Assembly (NCBI GenBank): GCA_028826165.1
Contig: JAPDFW010000087.1
Coordinates: 1-64,000, forward strand
Direction of reading: 5' to 3'
DNA: 64,000 nt
Source of the DNA: Anaeramoeba ignava BMAN
Taxonomy: Eukaryota; Protista; Anaeramoebae
Shown here: positions 23,381 to 35,500 of the stretch, one piece after another
How the letters are laid out: each line of letters starts with the position of its first letter
Position numbering within the stretch: the stretch's first letter is position 1
The notes under the pieces: model-generated
The model's database searches: none
The model's input: only the letters and a program-made list of their open reading frames with translations
Told to the model about the DNA's origin: nothing
Made by a program: the position numbers and the translations under genes

Positions 23381-25177
23381 ATGAATGAAATTATATTTTT
23401 TTTAAGAAATCAATTTCCAAATCTTTTCAAAAATAAACCAAATGAAATAACAAAACCAATTCAATTTAAATTTGAAAATGAAAATGAAAATGAAAATGAA
23501 AATGAAAATGAAAAACAAATTAAACAAATTTCAATAGGTTATTATTCAACAATTTTCCTTTTTAAAAATGGAAAAGCAATAGAATATTTAGATGAAAACG
23601 ATTTAAATCAAAAACCTGAAAAAATCCAAATTGAAAATATTCAAAAAGTATCTGTTGGTGTTCGAAATGAAGCTATTTTAACAATAGAAGGAAATGTATT
23701 TGTTAAAGGAGAAGATATTAATCTAAATAATCCAAATGAATTTATCAATATTTCATCATTAATTGAAGATATAAATGATAGAGTAATTAAAGATATTGTT
23801 TCTGGAGCTAAAACAATTTACTTATTAACTTCAAATCAAAATGCTTATGGAATTGGTTCAAATCAATATTGCCAACTTGGTTTTGATTTTAAAACACTTC
23901 AAAAAACAAAAAAACCAATTTTAATGATGAAAAATGTTTCTAAAATATTTTCAGGAAATTCTTCAAATTTTGTTTTTCTTTTAAATTCAAATCAAGAATT
24001 ATTTGGATCAGGATATAATTTCTATGGTCAACTTGGATTAGGAGAATCAATAAAAAAAGAAACTTATATAAAAAAATTAACCAAAATACAAAATATTCCA
24101 AAAGGCAAAATAATTGATATTAAATGTGGATATTTTCATTCAATAATGTTGATTGAAGATGAAAATCAAAATCCAAAAAGAAAACTTTATTCATGTGGAA
24201 TTTATGAATATAACGGACTTGGCCAAAATGGAAGAATTGATGAATTTACTGAAATCAAATCATCTTTATTTGATGATGATAATATTCTTGAAATTTCTGT
24301 TGGACATGCACATAATTTGATTTTAACATCTACTGGGAAACTGATAGGATTTGGATGGAATCATTATGGTCAATTAGGAACTGGAAATACAAATGATCAA
24401 TTAATTCCAATTCAAATTGAACTTCCTGAATTAAGATTTAATGAAAATATTTATAATTATCATATTTCTTGTGGAGATTTTAATTCATTTCTTTATTATT
24501 CTCCTCTTTCTTTTTCTAATCTTGAAGAAGATTTGATAAAACTATTTAGAAGAAAAGAATTTTGTGATATTTCATTTAAAACCAAAAATGGAGAAATAAT
24601 TGAAGCTCATAAATTAATATTGAAATATAGATTAAAAGATGAAAATCAAAATCAAAATCAAATTGAAAAACTTCAAGAAATTATTTCAAAAAAATCAATT
24701 AAAGAATCAAATCAAATATTTGAAATGATTTATTCAAATAATTCCAAAATAAATCCAAAATTATATTCTGAAATTAAAGAAATTATAAATTTAAATGAAA
24801 AAATTGAAGAAACAATGAAAAGAATTTATTTAAATGAAAATGAAAATGAAAATGAAAAAGATTTTATTATTGAAAGAAAAGAAAAACAATATAAATTTCC
24901 TAAATTAATATTAATAATGAGAAGTGAATTATATCGAGGAATGTTTTTATCTGTAACTGAAGATAAATCCAATAAAGTTACAGATTATAGTGAATTAAGT
25001 AATAAATCATTTCAAATATTTGAATATTGGATTTATTCAAATCAAATTAAAGATGAAATTCAAATTACACAAGAAATAATTAATGAAATTGAAACAGGAA
25101 TTGATTATTTTCAATTAAATCAAACAAATCCAAATTTATTTGATTTATTAATTAACAAATTTAATAATCAAAATTAA
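23381..25177 (+). CDS. RCC1-repeat + BTB/POZ protein (intronless, 598 aa), tandem paralog
   Basis: Same architecture and near-identical C-terminus as 21262-23067. Confidence 0.88.
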   Translation: MNEIIFFLRNQFPNLFKNKPNEITKPIQFKFENENENENENENEKQIKQISIGYYSTIFLFKNGKAIEYLDENDLNQKPEKIQIENIQKVSVGVRNEAILTIEGNVFVKGEDINLNNPNEFINISSLIEDINDRVIKDIVSGAKTIYLLTSNQNAYGIGSNQYCQLGFDFKTLQKTKKPILMMKNVSKIFSGNSSNFVFLLNSNQELFGSGYNFYGQLGLGESIKKETYIKKLTKIQNIPKGKIIDIKCGYFHSIMLIEDENQNPKRKLYSCGIYEYNGLGQNGRIDEFTEIKSSLFDDDNILEISVGHAHNLILTSTGKLIGFGWNHYGQLGTGNTNDQLIPIQIELPELRFNENIYNYHISCGDFNSFLYYSPLSFSNLEEDLIKLFRRKEFCDISFKTKNGEIIEAHKLILKYRLKDENQNQNQIEKLQEIISKKSIKESNQIFEMIYSNNSKINPKLYSEIKEIINLNEKIEETMKRIYLNENENENEKDFIIERKEKQYKFPKLILIMRSELYRGMFLSVTEDKSNKVTDYSELSNKSFQIFEYWIYSNQIKDEIQITQEIINEIETGIDYFQLNQTNPNLFDLLINKFNNQN

Positions 25178-25188
25178 AAATTTTTTTT

Positions 25189-28100
25189 TCATTTCATCTG
25201 ATCTCGATTTTCATAAAGAATTTTTACACTTTCTTCAAAACTTGAATCATTTGTTTCAACAGCTTTTAATAATTGACAAAATCTTAATCTAAATTGGTCT
25301 CCAGACCTAATTCAAAAAAAAAAGTTGAAATTGGAAAAAAATTTAAACCATTTTTCATAAATTATGTTTTTCGAATTGATTTAGATTACCATTTTGTTCC
25401 TTCAGCAAGATTACTCCAATTTATTTCACTTAAATCTTCTGCACCAGTTTCATAAACTCTAAATTAAATAAAACAAAGAAAATTTGAACAAAAAAAATTT
25501 TTTTTTCTTTTCGGGAAAATTTTTTTTTTGGAATTTTAAATTACTTTTCAATTAATATTTTAGCTTCAGATTGATTGAATAAAGATAAAGGAGTAAATAA
25601 TGGATTTATAAATCCGGTTGTCCATTTTTTTCTGCATTGAGTAACTGTTCTTGTTTTAACCAAATTTGCTATTGCTTTCCAATTTATATCTTTTGTAGGA
25701 ATTTTTTCTCCATAAATTTTTTGGAATGCTTCAGCAAGTCTTTCTTCTTCATTTTTGTTCCAAGCTCCTACTTCACGTTTTTTATTTGATTCGAAATCTT
25801 TCCATCGATCTTTAACGGATTCTGAAAATCTTCCAAGTTCTTCACCAATTTTAATCCAGTTAAATCCATAAAGAATAACTAATCTATTTTATTATAATTA
25901 AAAAAAAATAATATCATGAGAATATAATTTGATTTCTCTCTCTATTTTTTAATTTTGATGATATTCACTCTGATAATTTTTTTTTCTCTTCTTTTGTCCA
26001 AGATCCTTTGTAATTTCCCATTGATAATTTTCTTCTGAGATGTTGATAAACTTGTGTTTTATTTCTTTGTGGTAGAACACTTGAAATTGATCTCCAAATT
26101 CCTCTTTTTATAAAATCTTCTTTTTTTTTATTTGTATCAAACAATGCTGAAATGTATCTTTCAAATGAAACATCGTTTGCAACAGCTAAATCTCTTATTC
26201 TTTCTAATAATAACTCGTCTTCTTTTTTTGAGAATTTTCCTTTTTTGGATTCATTTTCTTTTTGTTTTTTGTTTTTCTTATCTTTTTTCTTATCTTTTTT
26301 CTTATCTTTTTTCTTATCTTTTTTCTTATCTTTTTTCTTATCTTTTTTCTTATCTTTTTTCTTATCTTTTTTCTTATCTTTTTTCTTATCTTTTTTCTTA
26401 TCTTTTTTCTTTTCATTTTCATTTTCATTTTCATTTTCATTTTCATTTTGGTTTTCATTTTGATTTTCATTTTGATTTTGGTTTTCATTTTCATTTTGGT
26501 TTTCATTTTCATTTTCATTTTCATTTTCATTTTCATTTATATTTTGATTTTGATTTTGATTTTGATTTTGATTTTGATTTTGATTTTGATTTTGATTTTG
26601 ATTTTGATTTTCATTTTCATTTTCATTTTCATTTTCATTTTCATTTTCATTTTGGTTTTCATTTTCAAATTGGTTTTCATTTTGATTTTGATTTTCATTT
26701 TCATTTTGATTTTGATTTTGATTTTGATTTTCATTTTCATTTTCATTTTGGTTTTCATTTTCATTTTCATTTTCATTTTCATTTTCATTTTGATTTTCAT
26801 TTTGGTTTTCATTTTCATTTTGATTTTGATTTTGATTTTCATTTTGGTTTTCATTTTCATTTTGATTTTGATTTTGATTTTGATTTTGATTTTGAATTTG
26901 ATTTAAATTAATTTCTTCATTATTTTTTTTGTGTTTTCTGTGTTTCTTTTTAATTTGGTTTTGATTCTCATTTATAATTTGATTTTCATTTTCATTTTCA
27001 TTTTCATTTTGATTTTCATTTTCATTTTGATTTTGATTTTGATTTTGATTTAAATTAATTTCTTCATTATTTTTTTTGTGTTTTCTGTGTTTCTTTTTAA
27101 TTTGTTTTTGATTCTCATTTATAATTTGATTTTGATTTTGATTTATAATTTGATTTTGATTTAAATTAATTTCTTCATTATTTTTTTTGTGTTTTCTGTG
27201 TTTCTTTTTAATTTGATTTAGATTTTGTTTTTGATTTTGATTTTGATTTTGATTTAAATTAATTTCTTCATTCTTTTTTTTGTGTTTTCTGTGTTTCTTT
27301 TTAATTTGGTTTTGATTCTCATTTATAATTTGATTTTCATTTTCATTTTGATTCTCATTTATAATTTGATTTTGATTTTGATTTTGATTTTGATTTTGAT
27401 TTTCATTTTGATTCTCATTTATAATTTGATTTTGATTTTGATTTTCATTTTGATTTTGATTATTTTCATTTTCATTTTGATTATTTTCATTTTGATTTTG
27501 ATACAAAATTGGATTTTCATTTTCAAGTGAATTTAAGCTGAAGTTTAAATTTAAATTTTGTTGTGCTTCTTGAATCTTTTTCTTGTGTTTCTTTTTAATT
27601 TGATTGATAATTCGATCTAAATTGGGATTTGAATTCAAATTACTTTTTTGTTTCTTCTTTCTGTTTCTTCTGTGTTTATTTTTGATCTGATTTTGATTTT
27701 GATTTTGTTTTTTATTTTGATTTTTATTTTGATTTTCATTTTCATTTTCAATTTGATTTTCATTTTCATTTTGATTTAAATTAATTTCTTCATTCTTTTT
27801 TTTGTGTTTTCTGTGTTTCTTTTTAATTTGATTTTGATTTTGATTTTGATTTTGATTTTGATTTTGATTTTGATTTTGATTTTGATTTTTGTTTTTTCTT
27901 TTTCATTTTGATTTTCATTTTGATTTTCATTTTCAATTTGATTTTCATTTTGATTTTGATTTAAATTAATTTCTTCATTCTTTTTTTTGTGTTTTCTGTG
28001 TTTCTTTTTAATTTGATTTAGATTTTGATTTTGATTTTGATTTTGATTTTGATTTAAATTAATTTCTTCATTATTTTTTTTGTGTTTTCTGTGTTTCTTT

Positions 28101-29031
28101 TTGATTTTGTTTTGATTCTCATTTATAATTTGATTTTGATTTTGATTTTCATTTTGATTTTGATTTTTATTTTGATTTTGATTTTGATTTAAATTAATTT
28201 CTTCATTCTTTTTTTTGTGTTTTCTGTGTTTCTTTTTGATTTGATTTTGATTCTCATTTATAATTTGATTTTGATTTTCATTTTGATTTAAATTAATTTC
28301 TTCATTATTTTTTTTGTGTTTTCTGTGTTTCTTTTTAATTTGTTTTTGATTCTCATTTATAATTTGATTTTGATTTTGATTTTGATTTTGATTTAAATTA
28401 ATTTCTTCATTATTTTTTTTGTGTTTTCTGTGTTTCTTTTTAATTTGATTTTGATTTTCATTTATAATTTGATTTTGATTTTCATTTTGATTCTCATTTA
28501 TAATTTGATTTTGATTTTGATTTTGATTTAAATTAATTTCTTCATTCTTTTTTTTGTGTTTTCTGTGTTTCTTTTTGATTTGATTTTGATTCTCATTTAT
28601 AATTTGATTTTGATTTTGATTTTGATTTTGATTTTGATTTTGATTTTGATTTTGATTTAGATTTTGATTTTGATTTTGATTTTCATTTTCATTTTCATTT
28701 TGATTTAAATTAATTTTTCATTCTTTTTTTTGTGTTTTCTGTGTTTCTTTTTAATTTGATTTAGATTTTCATTTTCATTTTCATTTTGATTTAAATTAAT
28801 TTCTTCATTATTTTTTTTGTGTTTTCTGTGTTTCTTTTTAATTTGTTTTTGATTCTCATTTATAATTTGTTTGTGATTTTGATTTTGATTTAAATTAATT
28901 TCTTCATTCTTTTTGTTTTTCTTGTTTTTCTTGTTTTTCTTGTGCTTCTTTTTAATTTGTTTGTGATTTCGATTTAAATTAATTCCTTTCCGTTTCTTTC
29001 TTGATTTATTTTTTAATAAACTTAAATCCAT
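25189..29031 (-). CDS. Reb1/TTF1/DMTF1-like multi-Myb DNA-binding protein with long repetitive N-terminus; 4 exons
   Basis: Myb repeats: KGKFSKKEDELL...IWRSISSVLPQRNKTQVYQHLRR; KGSWTKEEKKKL|ELVILYGFNWIKIGEELGRFSESVKDRW; GAWNKNEEERL...INWKAIANLVKTRTVTQCRKKW; EINWSNL. Introns 25968-25884 and two near 25540-25460 and 25390-25307; TGA at 25191-25189. Several frameshifts lie in the repeat region 27640-28900. Confidence 0.85.
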
Positions 29032-29119
29032 TTCTAATTTAAAATGAAAAAAAGAAAAAATGAAAAAAAAATTTTTTTTTATTTTCTTTTTTCATTTTTT
29101 TCCACAAATAAAATTAAAA

Positions 29120-32100
29120 ATGGATTTAACACAACAAGAAGCAGAAGAACAAGAATATATTAACAAAATACTTACAAATGCACTCAGCTCACAAAACCCA
29201 ATTCGAATAGAAGCAGAAAATCAAATACAAAATTTATTCGAAAATGACAAATTTGGGATTTTTTTAGCAAGAAATATTTTACTTGAAAAAGTTGAAAAAA
29301 GAATCAAATTAATTTCATTCATTCTTTTAAAACAATTCATTCAGAAAAAATGGACACAAATACCAATTGAATATAAAAAACAAATCGCATTAATTTTGAG
29401 AGAATCACTTTCATTTTCAGAATCAAGAATTCGCAGACAAATTGCGCTTGGATTAGGAGAAATAGCAAATTCAGAAGGAGGAAGTGAATGGAAAGATTTG
29501 TTTTCTTTGTTTATTGATAATATGGAGCAAATCAACCAATTACAAGTTGAAAAATTTGATGATCAAACAATTAATACTTTGGATGGAATTTTGACAGCAA
29601 TTTCCACAATGATTAATTCAGAAAACGAAGCTTTTTGCCAAAATACAGACTTATTAAACCCACTTTTTATCCACTGCTTAAATATTGTTTTGAACCAGAA
29701 CAATCGCTATTCGGTTGATTTGCAGCTCAAAAGTCTTTCTATTGTCCGAATAGCGTTAAAAGCATTGTCTGTAATTTCGTTTGTTGGAAAATCTGTTGAT
29801 CAATCAATTTCATTGTGGATTGAGTTTATTCAAGGAGTCTTTTCCGCTCAAAATGACTTCTCGTCTGAAAATTGCGGAATCAAAATTGAATGCTTAAATA
29901 TTCTTAGTGCGTTAATCAACGGATTCAAAAAGCAATGGAATTTGGATCTCAAATTAATCATGGATTATATTTGGACTTCTCTTGAATCTTCATATGAAAA
30001 TTATCAAAAATTCTGGGTATATTCATCTCAAAATGAGCCCTCAAATCAATTATCAATGAACTTCCATCCCGACAGCTACGAAGTCATGGATTTTGAAGTT
30101 CTCATTTCAGCATATTTCGAATTTGTTCACACTGTTGTTTGCTATTTATCCACTAGAGAGATTCTCAGACCCCATCTTCAGCAGATCTTCTCAATCTCAT
30201 GGAGATACGCGCAAATCACCCAAGACCAAATCAAAAAATGGTCTTCAGATTCAAACGCATTTCTTTCTGACGAAGAGGATGAACTTGTTTATAACGTCAG
30301 AAGAACTTGCAGCGATTTAATTGAGGAATCCATCTCCTATTTTGAATATGACGCTGTTCTTGCGCTCACTTCTGTGATCGAATCTTCTCTCGATTCAGTC
30401 TTCAAGGAAAAGGATTCAGGAAATGTTTTTTGGTGGAAAAATTTAGAAGCAATTCTTTATATTTTGGGTGATAATTCAAACGACTTTAAGAAATTCCAAT
30501 CAATTTTCAACTTCCAATTATTTATAGATAATATTTTGCTTCCTTTATTACCAACTGTTACAGATTTTCCCTTCTTGTTTGGCCGAATTCTCTGGTTTTG
30601 TGGATTGAATTTTTCTTTAATTTCTCAAAATTCATTACCAGCTTTTTTCGAGAATATTTTATATGGAATTCAAGAATCAAATTCAATTCCCGTCTTAATT
30701 CTATCATTTAAAACAATATCAAAGTATGCAAATCAAAACCAAAACCAAAATCAAAGTGAAAAAATTTTTATTTTTGATTTAAATTAAAATTTTTAAATTT
30801 TATTTAAAGATTATCTCCTAAAAAAAAAGGAGTCGAAACTCTTTTTCCACTTCTTCCTTCAATTTTCTCACAGCTTCTTATTCAAATTCAAAATTCAGAT
30901 GAAGACACACTTCATTTACTTTTAGAAACATTGGAATTCTTACTCAAATTCAACCAAGAAGTCACAATCAAATATTCAAATGAAATTGTGTCGATAACAT
31001 TATCTTCTTGGGAAAAATATATTGAGGATTCTTTATTAACATGTATTTGCAATGAAATTGTTTCTTCATTAATGAAATTCCCAGAAATTCAATCTCAAAT
31101 TTTGGATCAAGTTTTTAATTTAGTTCTGAAATTTTTCGTCAATTATTCGCAATTTGAATCACCAGTTATAAATTCAGCAATTGATTTACTCAACTCAGTT
31201 TTGCTCAAACTAAATGTTGAGATTGGTGGAAATGAAGATGTTTTTAAACAAATTTTCTTTTCTTTATTAAATATTATCCAAGTTCATTCTGAAAATGAAA
31301 TCACTCAAGGCGTGATAACTTCTCTGCGTATTTTCGTAAGAATTGCCGCAGATTATATTCCCCTCTGGAAAAATGAAAACAACGAATCTGCTTTGGATAG
31401 TTTGATTAATTATCTTGGTATTTTGCTTCATCCTGAAACTGACGAATCTGGATTATTGAATATTGGATCATTAATTTCCAAAATTTTCCGATCTTTTCGT
31501 TCATTTTTACAAAATTCAATGGAACAAATTCTTGAAGTGATTCTTCAGCGATTAATGGATCGCAATTTGGATTCTTTGATTCAAAACTTGATTATGGTTT
31601 TTATTCGTGAAATTCATGTTAGTAAAGAATTAATTGTGAATTTTCTTTTAGAAAGAAATCAACTTGAATTTTTTCTTGATTGTTGGACTTTTCATCATCC
31701 ACAATTTTTTGGGAATTATGAAATTAAAACAAGTCTTTTAACACTTTCAATGATGATTGATTTTTCAGTTCATGATGAAAGAATACAAAATTGTTATGTT
31801 CGAGGAATTGAAAATCAAAATCAAAATCGAAAATTTAAATGAAAATTCAAATCAAAATCAAAATGAAAATTCAAATCAAAATAATCAAAATCAAAATCAA
31901 TGGACAAAAGAACCTTTTCCAATTAAAGCAACTAGAATTTTAGTTGATTCACTTCAAAATCCTGATCTTGATAATCAAAATATCTTAAAATTTATTTATC
32001 AACCAACTAACTATAATTATGATGATAATGATAATGATAATGATATTGATGATGATATTGATGATGATATTGATGATGAATATATGAATGATGATGATGA

Positions 32101-32443
32101 TATGAATGAAAACGAAAATGATGAAAAAGCTTTTAATCAAACACTTTCCAAATTAAAAAATTTTAATGATGATGATGATGATGAAAATTTTGATGATGGT
32201 TTTAATGATTTTAATGGTTTTAATGATTTTAATGATTTTAATGATGAATCTGAATCTGATTTTGATGCTAATGAAACTTATGATTTAGATGAAAAAAATG
32301 ATCCAATTTTTAATATTGAAATTAAAAACTTTTTAAAAAATTTCTTACAAAAATTCTCACAAAATCATCAAAGAGAATTTCAAATTATAATCCAATCTTT
32401 TCCACCAAAAAAGAAACAATTTCTTCAAAATATTTTAAATTGA
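29120..32443 (+). CDS. IPO9: Importin-9 (karyopherin beta family); intron 30724-30809
   Basis: IBN_N (RIEAENQIQNL...ILLKQFIQKKW), QITQDQIKKWSSDSNAFLSDEEDE...VRRTCSDL, WWKNLEA, PFLFGRILW, acidic loop then DEKNDPIFNIEIKNFLKNFLQKF. One-base frameshift near 31828 in an NQ tract. Confidence 0.88.
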
Positions 32444-32562
32444 AAACAAAAAACAAAATTTTAAATTTCTTTTCTTTTCGATTTAATAAAATTTTTTTTC
32501 TTTTCTTTTAAATTTTTTGAACCAAAATAATAAAAATAAAAATAAAAATAAAAATTTAAGAT

Positions 32563-35500
32563 TCATTTCTTCTTTAATTCTGATGTTGTTTGAACTTCAT
32601 ATTCAACAAGAAAACGAGGAAGAATTCTTTGTTCATGAAAAATTCCAATTTCATCTCCTTCAATTGAATTTAATTCTTCTTCAGAAATAGGATAATAAGA
32701 ACGTCTTGGTCTTGCATTAAAATCACGAACTTTTTCAAAAATATCTCTTGTTTTGTTTTTGAATTTAACAAGAGTATAATGTGAATCAAAACCTTCTTCC
32801 AAACCTCTTCCAACATTAACCTTTGAAACAGGATTTGGTAAACCTAATAAAACCCAACACATAATAAGTTGGAAATTATTTTGGACATTTTCATTTTGAT
32901 TTGAAAAATTTTGATTTGAAAAATTTTGATTTGAAACATTTTGATTTGAAACATTTTGAGAAAGACTTTTTGATTTAATTTCCAAATAATATTGTCCATA
33001 TGAAGGTTCTTGAGTTAAATAAATTGCTTTTCCAAAATATCCAGGATCTGTTGTTGACAAATTAAGCAATCCTTTCTCACAAATACTGTGGATATATCGC
33101 TTGTCTGTTCCATGAAAGGCAACAATCGGATTTTCTTTTCTTCCTTTTAAAAGTCCGTCAGCATTCCACAAATGCTCCAAATATTTTGCTCCAATATGAT
33201 CATCTGGATGAGTAAATTTATAATATTCCACAAAATTAAAGTCTTTCGATAAGCTTTTCATCTTCAAATTAATTGTATTTGATAATATTTTCTGCTCCTC
33301 TGCAAATTTGCGTTCCAGTTTGGGATTAATAATAACTGAAACTCTTTTCACTTTATAAATATGTTGTTTGTCTTCTCCAACAAATCTATAGAAAGCAGCT
33401 TCCGCTTTCAAAAATAAAAATGCTGCATATGATGAATTCCCTACTGCATGCGGCTTTGAAATGTGCACAATATTTGCTACTGTTTCGCCTGTTTTTTCAT
33501 CTTTGATGTTCTCAATTCCCTCGATTAGTTCTTGACTTGAAAATAAAGAGAAATTATCAATTTTATAATAAAAATCTTCATCCTTCTTGATTCTGGAAAT
33601 AATTTCGCTAATCTGATAGAAAGAGGGTCGTTCTCGTGGATTCTCGGAAAGACATTCCATGATTAATTGTTGGATATATTGAGGGATATTTTCTGGGAAT
33701 TTCAAAACAGATAAAAGTGATGCAAATGGTTTTTGACCAGTGAAAAGTTCATAAAGAATAATCCCAAAACTGTAAACATCCGATTTTTCCCCATATTTCT
33801 TTTCCTTCAAAATCTCCGGCGCAACATATTCAAACGTGCCCATGATATTTCCTGACATTGTTGTTGATTTGTCCGATATAAACGGTCGTGATAATCCAAA
33901 ATCACAAATTTTGCAAATTAAATTTTCATCCAATAAAATGTTGCTTGGTTTCAAATCCAAATGCAGAATGTTCTGGGAATGCAAATAGCACATCCCTTGC
34001 ACAATTTCTTGCACAATTTTCAATTTGTCTTCCATTGTTAGTTTGTTCTTGTATTTTTCACTTGTGTTTTCAATATAATTTTTCAAACTTCCTCCTTCAA
34101 CAAATTCAACAACAATACAATTTTCTTGTTTTTCCGTTTTAAATGTTCCAAAAAATTTCACAATATTTTTGTGTCTAATCGTACTCAATGTTGCCACTTC
34201 TGATTCAAACATTTTTTGGTTTTCCATTTGAATTTTTTTGATTGCAACTTTTGTTGATCTGAATAAAATAATATTTTTTTTTTGTTACAAAAAATAAATG
34301 AAGAGATTAAATAAGATATTTGAATAAATATTCTCTTCTTTTTGTTATTTTTTTTTTATACCGATAAGTTCCATATTCAACTATACTATTATGTTCTTGA
34401 TCAATTAATTCAATTACATGAACTTCCTCAGGATTAATTATTCTTCTTTCAGATAAAATACTGACTCTAATAGATCTACTACTAATTGAGTTTTTATTTG
34501 CAACATCCAAATCTAACATATATTGGCCATTGAAGTTTGGTATGTATGAAACAGTATATTCTCCATTTTGATTATCGATTACTTTCAATGGCTCATTTAT
34601 ACTTGAGAAAATGGCTCTTATTTTTTCTCCTCCTGTTTTAATTAAATTTCCATATTCATCATATGCTTGAATTATAAATTCTGTCTCTTGATTTTCTATT
34701 GCTCTGAATGCTTTTTCTCCAATTATTTTCGATTTATTTATATCAATTTCACCTGGAATGATTTGGATATAACAATTTTTTTGTTTCAATCTTTTTCTTC
34801 CAATTTTAACTGTGATATGAAATTTTCCGATTTGGGTTGATGATAAAATTAAATCATAAGTACCATTATTATTATCTTTTGCAAATCCATCAATAATTTT
34901 TCGATGTTTTTTCTTTTTATTTTGATTTGAATTTTGAATTTGATTTGAATTTTGATTTGAATTTTGAATTTGATTTGAATTTTGAATTTGAATTTGATTT
35001 GAATTTTGAATTTGATTTGAATTTTGAATTTGATTTGAATTTTGAATTTGATTTTGAATTTGATTTAAATTTTGAATTTGATTTTGATTTTGATTTTGAT
35101 TTTGATTTGAATTTTCATTTAAATTTTCATTTAAATTTTCATTTTCATGATAACTCATATAAACACTAATTAAATCTAAATTTCCTCCATAAGCAATTGA
35201 TTCTTTTCTTTTTGTATATAATTTTAATGTAAATATTATATTTTCTCCTGCTTTAAACTGAAATAAATATTAAATTAAAATTAAAATTAAATAAATTTAA
35301 AATTAAATCAAATTAAATTAAATTAAATTAAATTAAATTAAAATTAAATTGAAATTAAAATTAAAATTAAAATTAAAATTAAATTAAAATTAAAATTAAA
35401 ATTAAAATTAAAATTAAAATTAAAATTAAAATTAAATTAAATTAAATTAAAATTAAAATTAAATTAAAATTAAAATTAAAATTAAAATTAAAATAAAATT

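Noticed and set aside
31757-31842. Programmed frameshifting in importin-9 (also RasGEF near 3865, UFD2 near 16360, RhoGAP near 43503)
   Set aside because: All shifts fall in homopolymers or NQ repeats, typical of long-read consensus errors; no conserved slippery site or structure
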